Below are positions 17,186-26,454 of a stretch of 64,000 nt of DNA, piece by piece. Source of the stretch: Dehalococcoidia bacterium (GTDB lineage: Bacteria > Chloroflexota > Dehalococcoidia > Lucifugimonadales > Australimonadaceae); NCBI GenBank assembly GCA_034422595.1, contig DAOUJO010000017.1, positions 2,303 to 66,302 on the forward strand, read 5' to 3'. The notes beneath the pieces are model-generated. The model was not told the DNA's origin. It searched no databases and saw only the letters and a list, made by a program, of their open reading frames with translations. Position 1 is the stretch's first letter. Each line of letters begins with the position of its first letter. A program made the translations under genes and the position numbers.

Positions 17186-17209
17186 GGGGCGCTCCACGGG
17201 GAGCGCCCC
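17186..17209 (+). terminator. intrinsic terminator of the opuA operon
   Basis: GGGGCGCTCC-acgg-GGAGCGCCCC forms a 10-bp perfect stem, followed by gTTccTcTTcT. It lies 34 nt after the opuAC stop. Confidence 0.7.
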
Positions 17210-17251
17210 GTTCCTCTTCTGCTGCCCCTCCTACGGACGGAGTACCATGGA

Positions 17252-18220
17252 ATGGTGAACAGCCCACCCTCCAGGCCCCGCATCGGCGTCAGCGCCTGCC
17301 TGCTCGGCGAACCGCTGCGCTACGACGGCGGGCACCTCTGCAACGAGTTCCTGACGCAGACGCTCGCCCCGCATGTCGAGTGGACGCCTGTCTGCCCGGA
17401 GTCCGAGGTGGGGATGGGCACGCCGCGCGAGCCCGTCCGGCTTGTCGACGCTGGTGACGGCGCGCTCCGTATGCGGGGCGTGCGTTCCGACACGGACCAC
17501 ACCGAATCGATGCGCTCGTGGGCGGCGCGTCGTATCGAAGAAGTCGCGGGTCTGGGACTGCACGGCTACGTGCTCACCAAGAACTCCCCCAGTTGCGGCC
17601 TCTTCCGCGTGAAGGTCTATCCCTCCGATGGCGGACCCGCCGCCCGCAACGGACGCGGCCTCTTCGCCGAGGCGCTCACGCAACGCTTCCCGCTGCTGCC
17701 GGTCGAGGAGCAGAGACGCCTGCACGACTCGCGCCTGCGCGACAACTTCATCGAGCGCGTGTTCGTCTACCAGCGCTGGACGGCGCTGCGGGACGGCCCT
17801 CGCGCTCCGTCGGCGCTCGTCGCGTTCCACATGGCGCACAAGCTCACGCTCATGGCGCACGCGCCGACGCTCTACCGCGAGGCGGGACGTGTCGTTGCTC
17901 GAGCGGGCGCCACCGGGTGGGATGCGATCACTGACGAGTACGGGTGTGTGCTCATGCGTGCTATGGAGCGCTTGACCACGGCGCGTAAGCACACGAACGC
18001 GCTGCAACACGCTGCGGGCTTCCTGAAGGACACCCTCGACGCTGGCGACAGGGAAGAGCTGGCCGATGCCATCGAGCGCTACCGCACCGGGAAGGCCCCG
18101 TTCACCGCGCCGCTGACGCTGCTGCGCCATCATGTGCGGAAGTCCGGCGGCCCCGAATGGCTCGCCGCGCAGACGTACCTTCACCCGTATCCGGACGAGC
18201 TGATGCTGGAGAGCGTGTAG
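17252..18220 (+). CDS. DUF523-DUF1722 fusion protein (YbgA-like; N-terminal TudS-type domain)
   Basis: 322 aa. The N-terminus IGVSACLLGEPLRYDGGH...TPVCPESEVGMGTPREP (conserved Cys pattern of DUF523) is followed by a helical DUF1722-like half (FHMAHKLTLMAH...YLHPYPDEL). Confidence 0.75.
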   Translation: MVNSPPSRPRIGVSACLLGEPLRYDGGHLCNEFLTQTLAPHVEWTPVCPESEVGMGTPREPVRLVDAGDGALRMRGVRSDTDHTESMRSWAARRIEEVAGLGLHGYVLTKNSPSCGLFRVKVYPSDGGPAARNGRGLFAEALTQRFPLLPVEEQRRLHDSRLRDNFIERVFVYQRWTALRDGPRAPSALVAFHMAHKLTLMAHAPTLYREAGRVVARAGATGWDAITDEYGCVLMRAMERLTTARKHTNALQHAAGFLKDTLDAGDREELADAIERYRTGKAPFTAPLTLLRHHVRKSGGPEWLAAQTYLHPYPDELMLESV

Positions 18221-18222
18221 CG

Positions 18223-19137
18223 ATGCGTGTGCTGATCGCCGGCGCGACAGGGTTCGTGGGACGCGCGCTGGTCCACGCGCTGATGGAGCGCGGCGACCGG
18301 CGGGTAGCGCTCACGCGCGACCCCGAGCGCGCACGCATGGCGCTGCCGGGATTGGTGCATACGCACACCTGGGACCCGTTGGCGGGGCCTCCGCCTCCCG
18401 AGGCGTTCGAGGGCGTGGACGCGGTCGTGAACCTCATGGGCGAGAGCGTCGTGGGTCGCTGGACGCAGCGGAAGAGGAGCGCCATCCTCGAGTCTCGTGA
18501 GGCTGCCACGCGCAACCTCGTGCTGGGTATGCAGGGAACGCAGGACGCGGGCGCCGCGCCCCGCACTCTCGTGAGCGCGAGCGCCGTCGGCTACTACGGC
18601 CACCGGGGCGAGGAGGAGCTGACCGAGGACGCGCCGCCCGGCGAGGGTTTCCTCTCCGGCGTCTGCGTCCAGTGGGAGGCGGCAGCGTCGGAGGCGTCGT
18701 CAGGAACGCGCGTCGTCCTGCTCCGCACGGGGCTGGTGGCCGGACGCGGCGGAGGGTTCCTTGCGCCGCTCTCGCGGCTCACGCGCTTCGGCCTTGGCGG
18801 CCCCGCCGGGTCGGGACGGCAGTGGTGGCCGTGGGTGCATCTGGACGACGTGGTCGGCCTCATCCTCCACGCGCTGGACAACGAGGCCGTACAAGGGCCG
18901 CTGAACGCCTGCGCTCCTGCTCCGGCACGCCAGCGTGAGGTCGCGAGCGCGTTGGGGCGCGTCCTGCACCGTCCCGCGTTCGCACCCGCGCCTGCGTTCG
19001 TCCTGCGGCGGGTGCTGGGTGAATTTGCGACCGAGCTGCTGAACAGTCGTCGTGCTCTCCCCGCCGCCGCCCTCGCCTCCGGCTACGCCTTCCGCCACAC
19101 GGACCTGGACGCCGCCCTCCGCGACATCTACGCCTGA
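18223..19137 (+). CDS. NAD-dependent epimerase/dehydratase family protein, TIGR01777/YfcH-like (with DUF1731 C-terminus)
   Basis: MRVLIAGATGFVGRAL Rossmann motif. The C-terminal GYAFRHTDLDAALRDI is typical of the YfcH subgroup. ATG 18223 lies 2 nt after the preceding stop. Confidence 0.7.
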   Translation: MRVLIAGATGFVGRALVHALMERGDRRVALTRDPERARMALPGLVHTHTWDPLAGPPPPEAFEGVDAVVNLMGESVVGRWTQRKRSAILESREAATRNLVLGMQGTQDAGAAPRTLVSASAVGYYGHRGEEELTEDAPPGEGFLSGVCVQWEAAASEASSGTRVVLLRTGLVAGRGGGFLAPLSRLTRFGLGGPAGSGRQWWPWVHLDDVVGLILHALDNEAVQGPLNACAPAPARQREVASALGRVLHRPAFAPAPAFVLRRVLGEFATELLNSRRALPAAALASGYAFRHTDLDAALRDIYA

Positions 19138-19214
19138 GTCCGTGGTGTGGAGGGCGGGATGCTTGCCCCGCGCGCCTCGGTCAGCGAAATTAGGAAGGTG
19201 AGGAACCTGGCAGC

Positions 19215-21323
19215 ATGACCACGCTCCACCCAACCGAGACCGGAACGCCGTTCAGGGTCGTCGCCGACTTCGAACCGCGCGGCGACCAGCCGCAGGCCAT
19301 CGATCGGCTCGCGGACGGCATCCTCAAGGGCATGCGCCACCAGACGCTCCTCGGCGTCACCGGCTCCGGCAAGACGTACACCATGGCCAAGACCGTCGAG
19401 GCCGTCCAGAAGCCGACGCTCGTCATCGCGCCCAACAAGACGCTCGCGGCACAGCTGGCGCAGGAGTTCCGCGACTTCTTCCCGGAGAACGCGGTCGAGT
19501 ACTTCGTCTCCTACTACGACTACTACCAGCCGGAGGCGTACGTCCCCTCGACCGACACGTATATCGAGAAGGAAGCGGACATCAACGACGAGATCGACAA
19601 GCTCCGCCACGCGGCGACGCGCTCGCTGATGACGCGGCGGGACGTGCTCATCGTCGCCTCCGTCTCGTGCATCTACGGTCTGGGCTCGCCCGCCGAATAC
19701 TTCGCGTTCGTGGAGCGCATCACGCGCGGCGAGCGGTTGAACCGGCAGAAGCTGGCGCGCCGCCTCATCGAGATGCAGTACGAGCGCAACGACTACGACC
19801 TCGCCCGTGCGCGCTTCCGCGTGCGCGGCGACACGCTGGAGATCATGCCTGCGTACGAGGACGTGGCCGTGCGCGTCGAGTTCTTCGGCGACGACGTCGA
19901 GCGCATCGTGGAGCTCGACCCGCTCACCGGTGAGATCCTCTCCGAGCGCGCGCAGATCGACATCTACCCCGCCAAGCACTTCGTCACCTCCCGCGAGAAG
20001 TTGGAAGACGCGGTCGTCGAGATCGAACAGGAACTGGACGAGCGCCTCATCGGGCTGCGCGAGGACGGGAGGGTGCTGGAGGCGCAGCGGCTGGAGCACC
20101 GGACGCGCTACGACTTGGAGATGCTCCGCGAGACCGGCTACTGCGCAGGCGTCGAGAACTACTCGCAACCGCTCGGCAGGCGCCCGCGCGGCAGCACGCC
20201 GTGGACGCTCATGGACTACCTGCCGGACGATCACCTGCTCATCATCGACGAGTCCCACATGGCCGTCCCGCAGCTGCGCGGCATGTTCCACGGCGAGATG
20301 TCCCGCAAGGACGCGCTCATCGACTTCGGCTTCCGCCTGCCGTCGGCTCGCGACAACCGCCCGCTCAACTTCGAGGAGTTCGAACGCTGCGTGAACCAGG
20401 TGGTCTACGTCTCCGCGACCCCGGCCGCCTACGAGTTGCAGCACAGTTTGCAGGTCGTCGAGCAGGTGATCAGGCCCACAGGGCTGCTCGACCCGACGCT
20501 CGAGGTGAAGCCCACCAGGGGCCAGATAGACGATCTGCTGGAGCAGATAGGCCGCCGCACGGCGAAGGGCGAGCGTGCGCTGGTGACAACGCTTACCAAG
20601 CGCATGGCGGAGGAACTGACCGACTACCTGCGCGAGATGAACGTGAAGGTGCACTACCTCCACTCCGAGGTGGACACACTCAAGCGCACGGAGATCCTGC
20701 GCGACCTTCGGCTGGGCGTGCACGACGTGGTCGTCGGCATCAACCTGCTCCGTGAGGGACTGGACCTGCCGGAAGTGAGCCTCGTCGCCGTGCTCGACGC
20801 GGACAAGGAGGGCTACCTGCGCTCCACGTCGTCGCTCGTGCAGACGATAGGCCGCGCGGCTCGTCATCTGGACGGCCACGTCATCATGTACGCGGACCGC
20901 ATCACCGACTCCATGCGGCAGGCGATAGATGAAACGGAGCGCCGCCGCGCGTTGCAGACGGCGTTCAACGAGCGGGAAGGCATCCAGCCGGAGGGCATCC
21001 GCAAGGCCATACGCGACATCACCGAGTCCATCCGCGAGCTGGCCGAGCCTCGCGCCGCCTACGGCGTCCGCCAGGACATGCCGAAGGACGATCTCGCCCG
21101 CGTGGTGAAGCAGCTGGAATCGGAGATGAAGGAGGCCGCGCGCCAGCTGGAGTTCGAGAAGGCTGCGCTGCTCCGCGACGAGATGGTGGACCTCAAACGC
21201 CTGCTCGTGGCGCAGGAGGTCGCCGACCGGGGCGCCGGCGGCGAGACGGTGTCGGTGCGCATGGCCGAACCGGAGCCGAGGTCCTACGAGAAGGCCGGCG
21301 GCAGGCGGAGGCGCAAGCGGTAG
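19215..21323 (+). CDS. uvrB: excinuclease ABC subunit B
   Basis: 702 aa. F(R/K)[14 protein letters not shown], Walker A GVTGSGKT, a beta-hairpin region, helicase motifs and the C-terminal UVR domain ([13 protein letters not shown]). Confidence 0.97.
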   Translation: MTTLHPTETGTPFRVVADFEPRGDQPQAIDRLADGILKGMRHQTLLGVTGSGKTYTMAKTVEAVQKPTLVIAPNKTLAAQLAQEFRDFFPENAVEYFVSYYDYYQPEAYVPSTDTYIEKEADINDEIDKLRHAATRSLMTRRDVLIVASVSCIYGLGSPAEYFAFVERITRGERLNRQKLARRLIEMQYERNDYDLARARFRVRGDTLEIMPAYEDVAVRVEFFGDDVERIVELDPLTGEILSERAQIDIYPAKHFVTSREKLEDAVVEIEQELDERLIGLREDGRVLEAQRLEHRTRYDLEMLRETGYCAGVENYSQPLGRRPRGSTPWTLMDYLPDDHLLIIDESHMAVPQLRGMFHGEMSRKDALIDFGFRLPSARDNRPLNFEEFERCVNQVVYVSATPAAYELQHSLQVVEQVIRPTGLLDPTLEVKPTRGQIDDLLEQIGRRTAKGERALVTTLTKRMAEELTDYLREMNVKVHYLHSEVDTLKRTEILRDLRLGVHDVVVGINLLREGLDLPEVSLVAVLDADKEGYLRSTSSLVQTIGRAARHLDGHVIMYADRITDSMRQAIDETERRRALQTAFNEREGIQPEGIRKAIRDITESIRELAEPRAAYGVRQDMPKDDLARVVKQLESEMKEAARQLEFEKAALLRDEMVDLKRLLVAQEVADRGAGGETVSVRMAEPEPRSYEKAGGRRRRKR

Positions 21324-21325
21324 GG

Positions 21326-22285
21326 ATGCGTCGAAGGCTCTGTTTCCTGCTCGGGATACTGCTCTTCGCAATGCTCGCCTTCGTCGTGCTGAACTGGAGC
21401 GATGCCGCCGTACCGGGCAAGGCCCTGCCTCCTCCGTTCGACGCGTGGGGCGCGCCGGACGTTCCCATGAACGCAGCTATCTATATCGCGCCTCAGCGTC
21501 CCTCGGCAGTCGCCATCCGCGCCCCCGACGGACGCGAGTCGGAGGTGCGTGTCGTCCGTTTCGAGGGTGTGGCGATCGATCCGGTGCGCGAGTACGCGGC
21601 GCTGGCCGAGTTCGCTGACGCTGAGGACGCTTCCGTGGCGGCGGACGCGCTCGAAGCGGACATCTGGGCGCGGACGCACAGGAGCGCCCTGTGGTTCGGG
21701 AAACCGGACAACGACTGGGCAGACACGGTGCGCGCCGCATGGGGAGAAGAGGCCCGCGTGCCGTGGGCGGACCATGAGCCTGTCCCGTGGAGAGGCTGGC
21801 TGCTGCTGCCGGACGACCCGCCGTCGCCGTTGCTGGCGCTTGGCTTCATCCGGAACCGGGAAGACCTGCTGGACAGTACGCTCGGAGAGTTGGGCGTGGA
21901 CGCGGACGGCCTCGGATCGGCGCTGCGGCTCGCCCGGATCAACCTGGCGTCGTTCGGACTGTACGGGGAGTTCGGCGATGCGCCGCCCGAGATCAACTCG
22001 GACGTGCTTCGCGGCACAGGCGCCGGCATCATCGTGGTCGCGGAATCGAGCTACCCCGCGTTCCTCGTAGGGGCGCTGTGGGGACGCGTCGTCTCAGCGG
22101 CGCGGCTGGAAGCGATAACGCTGGATGGCGAGGAGGCTCACTACCGCTCGCTGGAAGACGAGTGGCACATGACGGCGAAACGCTACGGGCGGACGATCTA
22201 CTTCGCCGTCGCGCCGTCACGGAGCAAGGCGGAGGAGCTGGTGCTGGCGGTGGTTGAAAGCCAGCGCAGCAGACGGGGCGAGTGA
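21326..22285 (+). CDS. hypothetical membrane-anchored protein (319 aa)
   Basis: The ATG lies 2 nt after the uvrB stop. It has a single N-terminal TM (LCFLLGILLFAMLAFVVL). I recognise no family. Confidence 0.55.
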   Translation: MRRRLCFLLGILLFAMLAFVVLNWSDAAVPGKALPPPFDAWGAPDVPMNAAIYIAPQRPSAVAIRAPDGRESEVRVVRFEGVAIDPVREYAALAEFADAEDASVAADALEADIWARTHRSALWFGKPDNDWADTVRAAWGEEARVPWADHEPVPWRGWLLLPDDPPSPLLALGFIRNREDLLDSTLGELGVDADGLGSALRLARINLASFGLYGEFGDAPPEINSDVLRGTGAGIIVVAESSYPAFLVGALWGRVVSAARLEAITLDGEEAHYRSLEDEWHMTAKRYGRTIYFAVAPSRSKAEELVLAVVESQRSRRGE

Positions 22286-22292
22286 GCCGCCC

Positions 22293-22439
22293 TCAGTCCT
22301 GGGGCGGTTTCGGCTGCTCGAGTATCTCCCGCAGCTCCTTGCGCAGTTGCGCGTTGGGCTTCGGAGGCGCGGTGAACTTCTTGCGGTTGTGCTTGCCCGG
22401 CTTGTGCTTCTGGGCGTAGCGGCGGTCAGCGAGGCTCAT
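22293..22439 (-). CDS. small basic protein, 48 aa, unknown function
   Basis: MSLADRRYAQKHKPGKHNRKKFTAPPKPNAQLRKELREILEQPKPPQD. By hand count 43 of 48 codons end in G/C, as in real genes here. The ATG overlaps the 3' end of the Mrp gene by 14 nt. Confidence 0.4.
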   Translation of the reverse strand: MSLADRRYAQKHKPGKHNRKKFTAPPKPNAQLRKELREILEQPKPPQD

Positions 22440-23280
22440 CGCCCGCTCCTTCCGCGACAGCCTGCTGCCCCGGCATCGCTTCGAGTTCGGTGAGCCGCCC
22501 TTCGAGCGTGGCCCAGATGGTGTCGTACTCGGCTCGGACGTCGGCGCTGGCAAGCACTGTGGGCTGCGAGTCGTCCCGGTAGTCGGCGCGCAGCGCGACC
22601 TCGCCGAGGAAGGGCAGGGAGAGGTCGGTTGCGAGTTGGCGGCCAGCGCCGGAGCCGAACACCTCGCCCACGTAGTTCTCGACGACGCCCAGCACCTCGA
22701 CGTTCAGCTTGCGGATCATGTTGATGGAGCGCTTGGCGTCCAGGGCGGCGAGGCTCTGCGGCGTGGTGACGACGACAAAGCCGTCCATCGTCAGCACCTG
22801 CATGACAGTGAGGGGCGCGTCCGACGTACCGGGCGGCATGTCGACGACGAGGAAGTCGATCTCGCCCCAATCGGTCATCTGCAGGAACTGGTTGATGGCG
22901 TTGTGGATCATGGGGCCGCGCCAGATGATGGCTTCTTCCGGGTCCTGCTGGAAGTAGGACATTGAGACGGCCTTCACGCCGAAGGCCTCCGCGGGCTTGA
23001 TGCGCCCGTCCACGGCCTCAGGGTGTGCGTCGCTCCCGAGCACTTCGGGCGCGTTTGGGGTGTCGATGTCGGCGTCGAGCAGGCCGACCGTGTAGCCCTT
23101 CTCCGCGAGGTAGGCCGCGAGGTTGACGGCGACGGTGGTCTTGCCGACGCCTCCCTTGGCGCTGTAGACGCCTATCTTGGTCTTGATCTTGCCGAGCGAC
23201 CGGCTGATGGCGCGGCGCTGCTCCCACTGGCGCTTGATCTGCGCCAGGCGCGCCTGCCGCTGCTCTTCACTCATCGTCAT
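22426..23280 (-). CDS. apbC: Mrp/ApbC/NBP35-family iron-sulfur cluster carrier ATPase
   Basis: Deviant Walker A SAKGGVGKTT, ..LLDADI.. and DFLVVDMPPGTSD. The track ORF starts at a GTG (23292). I prefer ATG 23280, which lies 11 nt after GGGGAGGG. Confidence 0.85.
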   Translation of the reverse strand: MTMSEEQRQARLAQIKRQWEQRRAISRSLGKIKTKIGVYSAKGGVGKTTVAVNLAAYLAEKGYTVGLLDADIDTPNAPEVLGSDAHPEAVDGRIKPAEAFGVKAVSMSYFQQDPEEAIIWRGPMIHNAINQFLQMTDWGEIDFLVVDMPPGTSDAPLTVMQVLTMDGFVVVTTPQSLAALDAKRSINMIRKLNVEVLGVVENYVGEVFGSGAGRQLATDLSLPFLGEVALRADYRDDSQPTVLASADVRAEYDTIWATLEGRLTELEAMPGQQAVAEGAGDEPR

Positions 23281-23343
23281 CGGGGCGTGCACCCTCCCCG
23301 GGGCCCGGCCCCGTTCTGCCAGCGTTACGCGGCTGGGCGCGGG

Positions 23344-23658
23344 TTAGTCGTCGAGGCCGAGCAGCTTGCGCCCGTCTTCGGTGATGCGGTCGGGCGACCA
23401 GGGCGGGTCGAACGAGATCTCGACGTTCACGTCCCTGACCCCGTCGAGGTCGGCGATGGCCCATTCGGCCTGCTGTGCGATGAACGGCCCCATGCTGCAT
23501 CCGGCGGCGGTGAGGGTCATGTCGACGTGGACGTTGCTGTCGTCGTCCACTTCGATACCGTAGATGAGGCCGAGGTCGACGACGTTCACCGGGATCTCGG
23601 GGTCGTACACATCCTTCAGCGCCTCGGTTACTTCTTCCACCGTTACTTCAGCGGCCAT
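23344..23658 (-). CDS. DUF59 (SufT/MIP18-type) Fe-S assembly protein
   Basis: 104 aa. DPEIPVNVVDLGLIY....V.VDMTLTAAGCSMGP is the hallmark DUF59 segment. TAGAAT (23690-23695, minus) and GGGAGGAG lie upstream. Confidence 0.8.
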   Translation of the reverse strand: MAAEVTVEEVTEALKDVYDPEIPVNVVDLGLIYGIEVDDDSNVHVDMTLTAAGCSMGPFIAQQAEWAIADLDGVRDVNVEISFDPPWSPDRITEDGRKLLGLDD

Positions 23659-23753
23659 GGCGTCACTCTCCTCCCGCCTGTATGAGGAGATTCTAGCAGA
23701 AGCGGCAAGCGTGACTCATGACGCGCCGCATGGGGGTGCGACGAGACGGACGG

Positions 23754-26330
23754 TCAGGCTACTTCTTCTTCGGGGAGGTAGATGACTTCCCGGGGCTTGC
23801 CCGGCTCGCCGGAGGCGGCAACGATGCCCTCGTCCTCCAGTTGGTCCATCAGCCGGGCCGCGCGAGGGTAACCGATGCGCAGCCTGCGCTGGAGCAGCGA
23901 CGTGGAGAGCTGCCGGTTGGCGGCTGCGACCTGCAGTGCGCGCTCGTAGAGGGAGTCGCCCTCATCGAAGTCACCCCCGTCGCCCGCGCTCTCGGCTGCT
24001 GCGGTCTCGGCTTCCCGCGCCATGTTCTCCAGCGGGATCTCCGGCAGGTTGGCGTTGCGCGGCAGCTGCCGCCAGTGTTCGCTGAGGGCTGCGCTCTCGT
24101 CCTCGGATATGAAGACGCCCTGCACGCGCTTCGGCTTCGGGGAGTCCGAGGAGATGAACAGCATATCGCCGCGGCCAAGGAGGCGCTCGGCGCCCGCGGA
24201 ATCGAGGATGGTGCGTGAGTCGACCTGCGAGGCGACTGCGAAGGCGATGCGGCTCGGGAAGTTGGCCTTGATGAGTCCGGTGAGCACGTCCACGGAGGGG
24301 CGCTGCGTGGCAACGATGAGGTGGATGCCCGTCGCCCGGCCCAACTGCGCCAGACGGCAGAGTGCTTGCTCGACGTCGAAAGAGGCGGTCATCATCAGGT
24401 CTGCCAGTTCGTCGATGCAGATGACGAAGTACGGCATCTCCTCGGTTGCGCGCGGGTTGCTGTTGTAGGACGCGATGTTTCGCGCTCCTGCTTCTTCCAG
24501 CAGCTTGTAGCGGCGCATCATCTCCTGGATAGCGCCCTTGAGCAGGCGGACGACCTTATCCGGGTCGACGACGACCGGCGTCACGAGGTGAGGGATGCCG
24601 TTGTAGGGCGTGAGCTCCACGCGCTTCGGGTCTACGAGGAGCATACGGACCTTGGCCGGGTCCTGGTGGCAGATGATGGACGAGATGATGGTGTTGATGC
24701 AGACGCTCTTTCCGCTGCCCGTCGCGCCCGCGATGAGCAGGTGCGGCATCTTGAGCAGATCGAGGGCAACGGGCTCGCCGGCGGAGGCCAGGCCAAGCGC
24801 CACGGGCAGACCTCCGCCGGTGAGCATCCGTTCATATTCGGGGGATTCCATCACGGTACGGATGGTCACCATGGAGGAGGACTTATTGGGCATCTCCACG
24901 CCGACGAGCGATTCGCCCGGGACGGGCGCCTGTATGCGGAGGGTGGGCGCGGCGAGCGCGAGCGCAAGGTCTTTCTCCCGTGCAAGGATGCTGTCGACCT
25001 TGACGCGGTTCCGCACCTCCATCTGCACCTGGTTGTCTTCCTGTTCGGCAAGCGCTCTGGCCCGCGCGGACATCGCCTTGCGGTTCCATCCGGGCACGAT
25101 GCCGAACATCGTTACGCTCGGGCCGGGCCGTATCTCCGATACGCTCACCTCGACTCCGTGCTGTGCGAGCGTCTCTTCGATGAGCGCAGCGGTTTCGAGA
25201 TGCTCCTCGGTGATGCTCCCGGCAGCTACCGGTGCGGCAAGGAGTTCGAGGGGCGGGAGAGGGCTGGGTGCGACAGCAGGGACAGCCCGAGGCGCCTCGG
25301 GCTCGGGAGCGGACGGCTCCGCTGGGACGACGATCTCGCCCCAGGGCGCCTCTATCGGAACTGCGAGGGCCAGCGTTTCTTCCACGTCTGCCTGGAGGGT
25401 GCCGTTGACGTGGAGGTCATCCGCCGTGCGGGCCTCTTCGGCTGCGAACGGAGGTTCAGTCTCACAGGCAGTGACAGCCTCGATGTCCGTCGCGCTCTCG
25501 ACAGAGGGCGGCACCATCGTTGCCATTGCCGTAGTGGCGGGCTGGGCCTCCGGTGTGGCGGGTTCGGCGGTCTTCATGCCCGGCCAGGGGTCGGGCTTCC
25601 TTTCCAAGCCGGGCCGCGGCTCTGCGGGGCGAGGGGTTACCGGCTTGGGGGAGGTCGGCTCCATGTATGCGAGGCCGCGATGAGGGGAGGTGCTTCGGCG
25701 GTATTCGTCCGCAGCGCGCAACGTGTCCATCTGCGCAGCCCGCGATGCCGCTGCGCTGGTGGCGAGGTAATCGTCGACCTCCTGCATCACCGCTCCCTGG
25801 TCGCGGTGGCGGATGCGGTTCACGCCGCTGCCGATGCCCCTGCTCGTGGCGAGAACGCCGCGTCCCATCCACACTGCTGCGTGGTTGAACAGGACAGGCG
25901 CCACGAGCCATACCCCGAGCGTGATGAGGACGACCGTACGGAAGAGGCCGAGTGCTCCGTAGGAGCCGCGCAACTGGCCGCCGAGGTCGCCCCCCAAGGG
26001 AGCCTCGCCGATGAGTGGGAACGACCAGTGGAAGTAGGAGAGGGTAGCGAACGCTCCGGCCAGGAGGAAGCCCAAGCCGAGCACGTAGCGCCACTTCCGC
26101 ATGAGATACCTGAACCCGCGGGAGAATACCCAACCCATCCAACCGGCCCATGCCAGCAACAGGACCAGTCCTGCGCCCATGCCGCCGAGAACATCGGATG
26201 TCGCATTGCGCAGCGGGTCTATGGCCCAGGCAGGCTGTCCGATGATGACGTACGCCACGAAGGCTACGACGATGAGGCCGAGAAGGACGCCGACCTGGTT
26301 GAACAGCAGTGAAGCGATGCGATTTCTCAC
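23754..26330 (-). CDS. ftsK: DNA translocase FtsK/SpoIIIE
   Basis: 858 aa. N-terminal TM segments, a Pro/Ala-rich linker, a motor domain with Walker A GATGSGKS and Walker B, and a C-terminal gamma (winged-helix) domain LLQRRLRIGYPRAARLMDQLE. GTG start. Confidence 0.9.
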   Translation of the reverse strand: MRNRIASLLFNQVGVLLGLIVVAFVAYVIIGQPAWAIDPLRNATSDVLGGMGAGLVLLLAWAGWMGWVFSRGFRYLMRKWRYVLGLGFLLAGAFATLSYFHWSFPLIGEAPLGGDLGGQLRGSYGALGLFRTVVLITLGVWLVAPVLFNHAAVWMGRGVLATSRGIGSGVNRIRHRDQGAVMQEVDDYLATSAAASRAAQMDTLRAADEYRRSTSPHRGLAYMEPTSPKPVTPRPAEPRPGLERKPDPWPGMKTAEPATPEAQPATTAMATMVPPSVESATDIEAVTACETEPPFAAEEARTADDLHVNGTLQADVEETLALAVPIEAPWGEIVVPAEPSAPEPEAPRAVPAVAPSPLPPLELLAAPVAAGSITEEHLETAALIEETLAQHGVEVSVSEIRPGPSVTMFGIVPGWNRKAMSARARALAEQEDNQVQMEVRNRVKVDSILAREKDLALALAAPTLRIQAPVPGESLVGVEMPNKSSSMVTIRTVMESPEYERMLTGGGLPVALGLASAGEPVALDLLKMPHLLIAGATGSGKSVCINTIISSIICHQDPAKVRMLLVDPKRVELTPYNGIPHLVTPVVVDPDKVVRLLKGAIQEMMRRYKLLEEAGARNIASYNSNPRATEEMPYFVICIDELADLMMTASFDVEQALCRLAQLGRATGIHLIVATQRPSVDVLTGLIKANFPSRIAFAVASQVDSRTILDSAGAERLLGRGDMLFISSDSPKPKRVQGVFISEDESAALSEHWRQLPRNANLPEIPLENMAREAETAAAESAGDGGDFDEGDSLYERALQVAAANRQLSTSLLQRRLRIGYPRAARLMDQLEDEGIVAASGEPGKPREVIYLPEEEVA

Positions 26331-26454
26331 CCGCCCGACTTTAATCAGATGTGTTGCAGTTGTGAGCCAGGTTGGCTTGTAGATTATGAAGAGATGGCCG
26401 GAATCCCCGCGATGCGGCCTCAGAACGAGGGCAGTGAACCAGGTCAGGGAAGGC

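Noticed and set aside
14645-17197. 850-aa ORF on the minus strand
   Set aside because: It lies entirely antisense to the well-supported opuAC gene. Its composition is dominated by R/A/G/V/D/H/L, as expected for the reverse frame of a high-GC gene. It has no recognisable motifs and no start context.
19128-21371. 747-aa ORF on the minus strand
   Set aside because: It is the antisense shadow of uvrB, whose identity is unambiguous. It shows the same skewed Arg/Ala/Val/His-rich composition.
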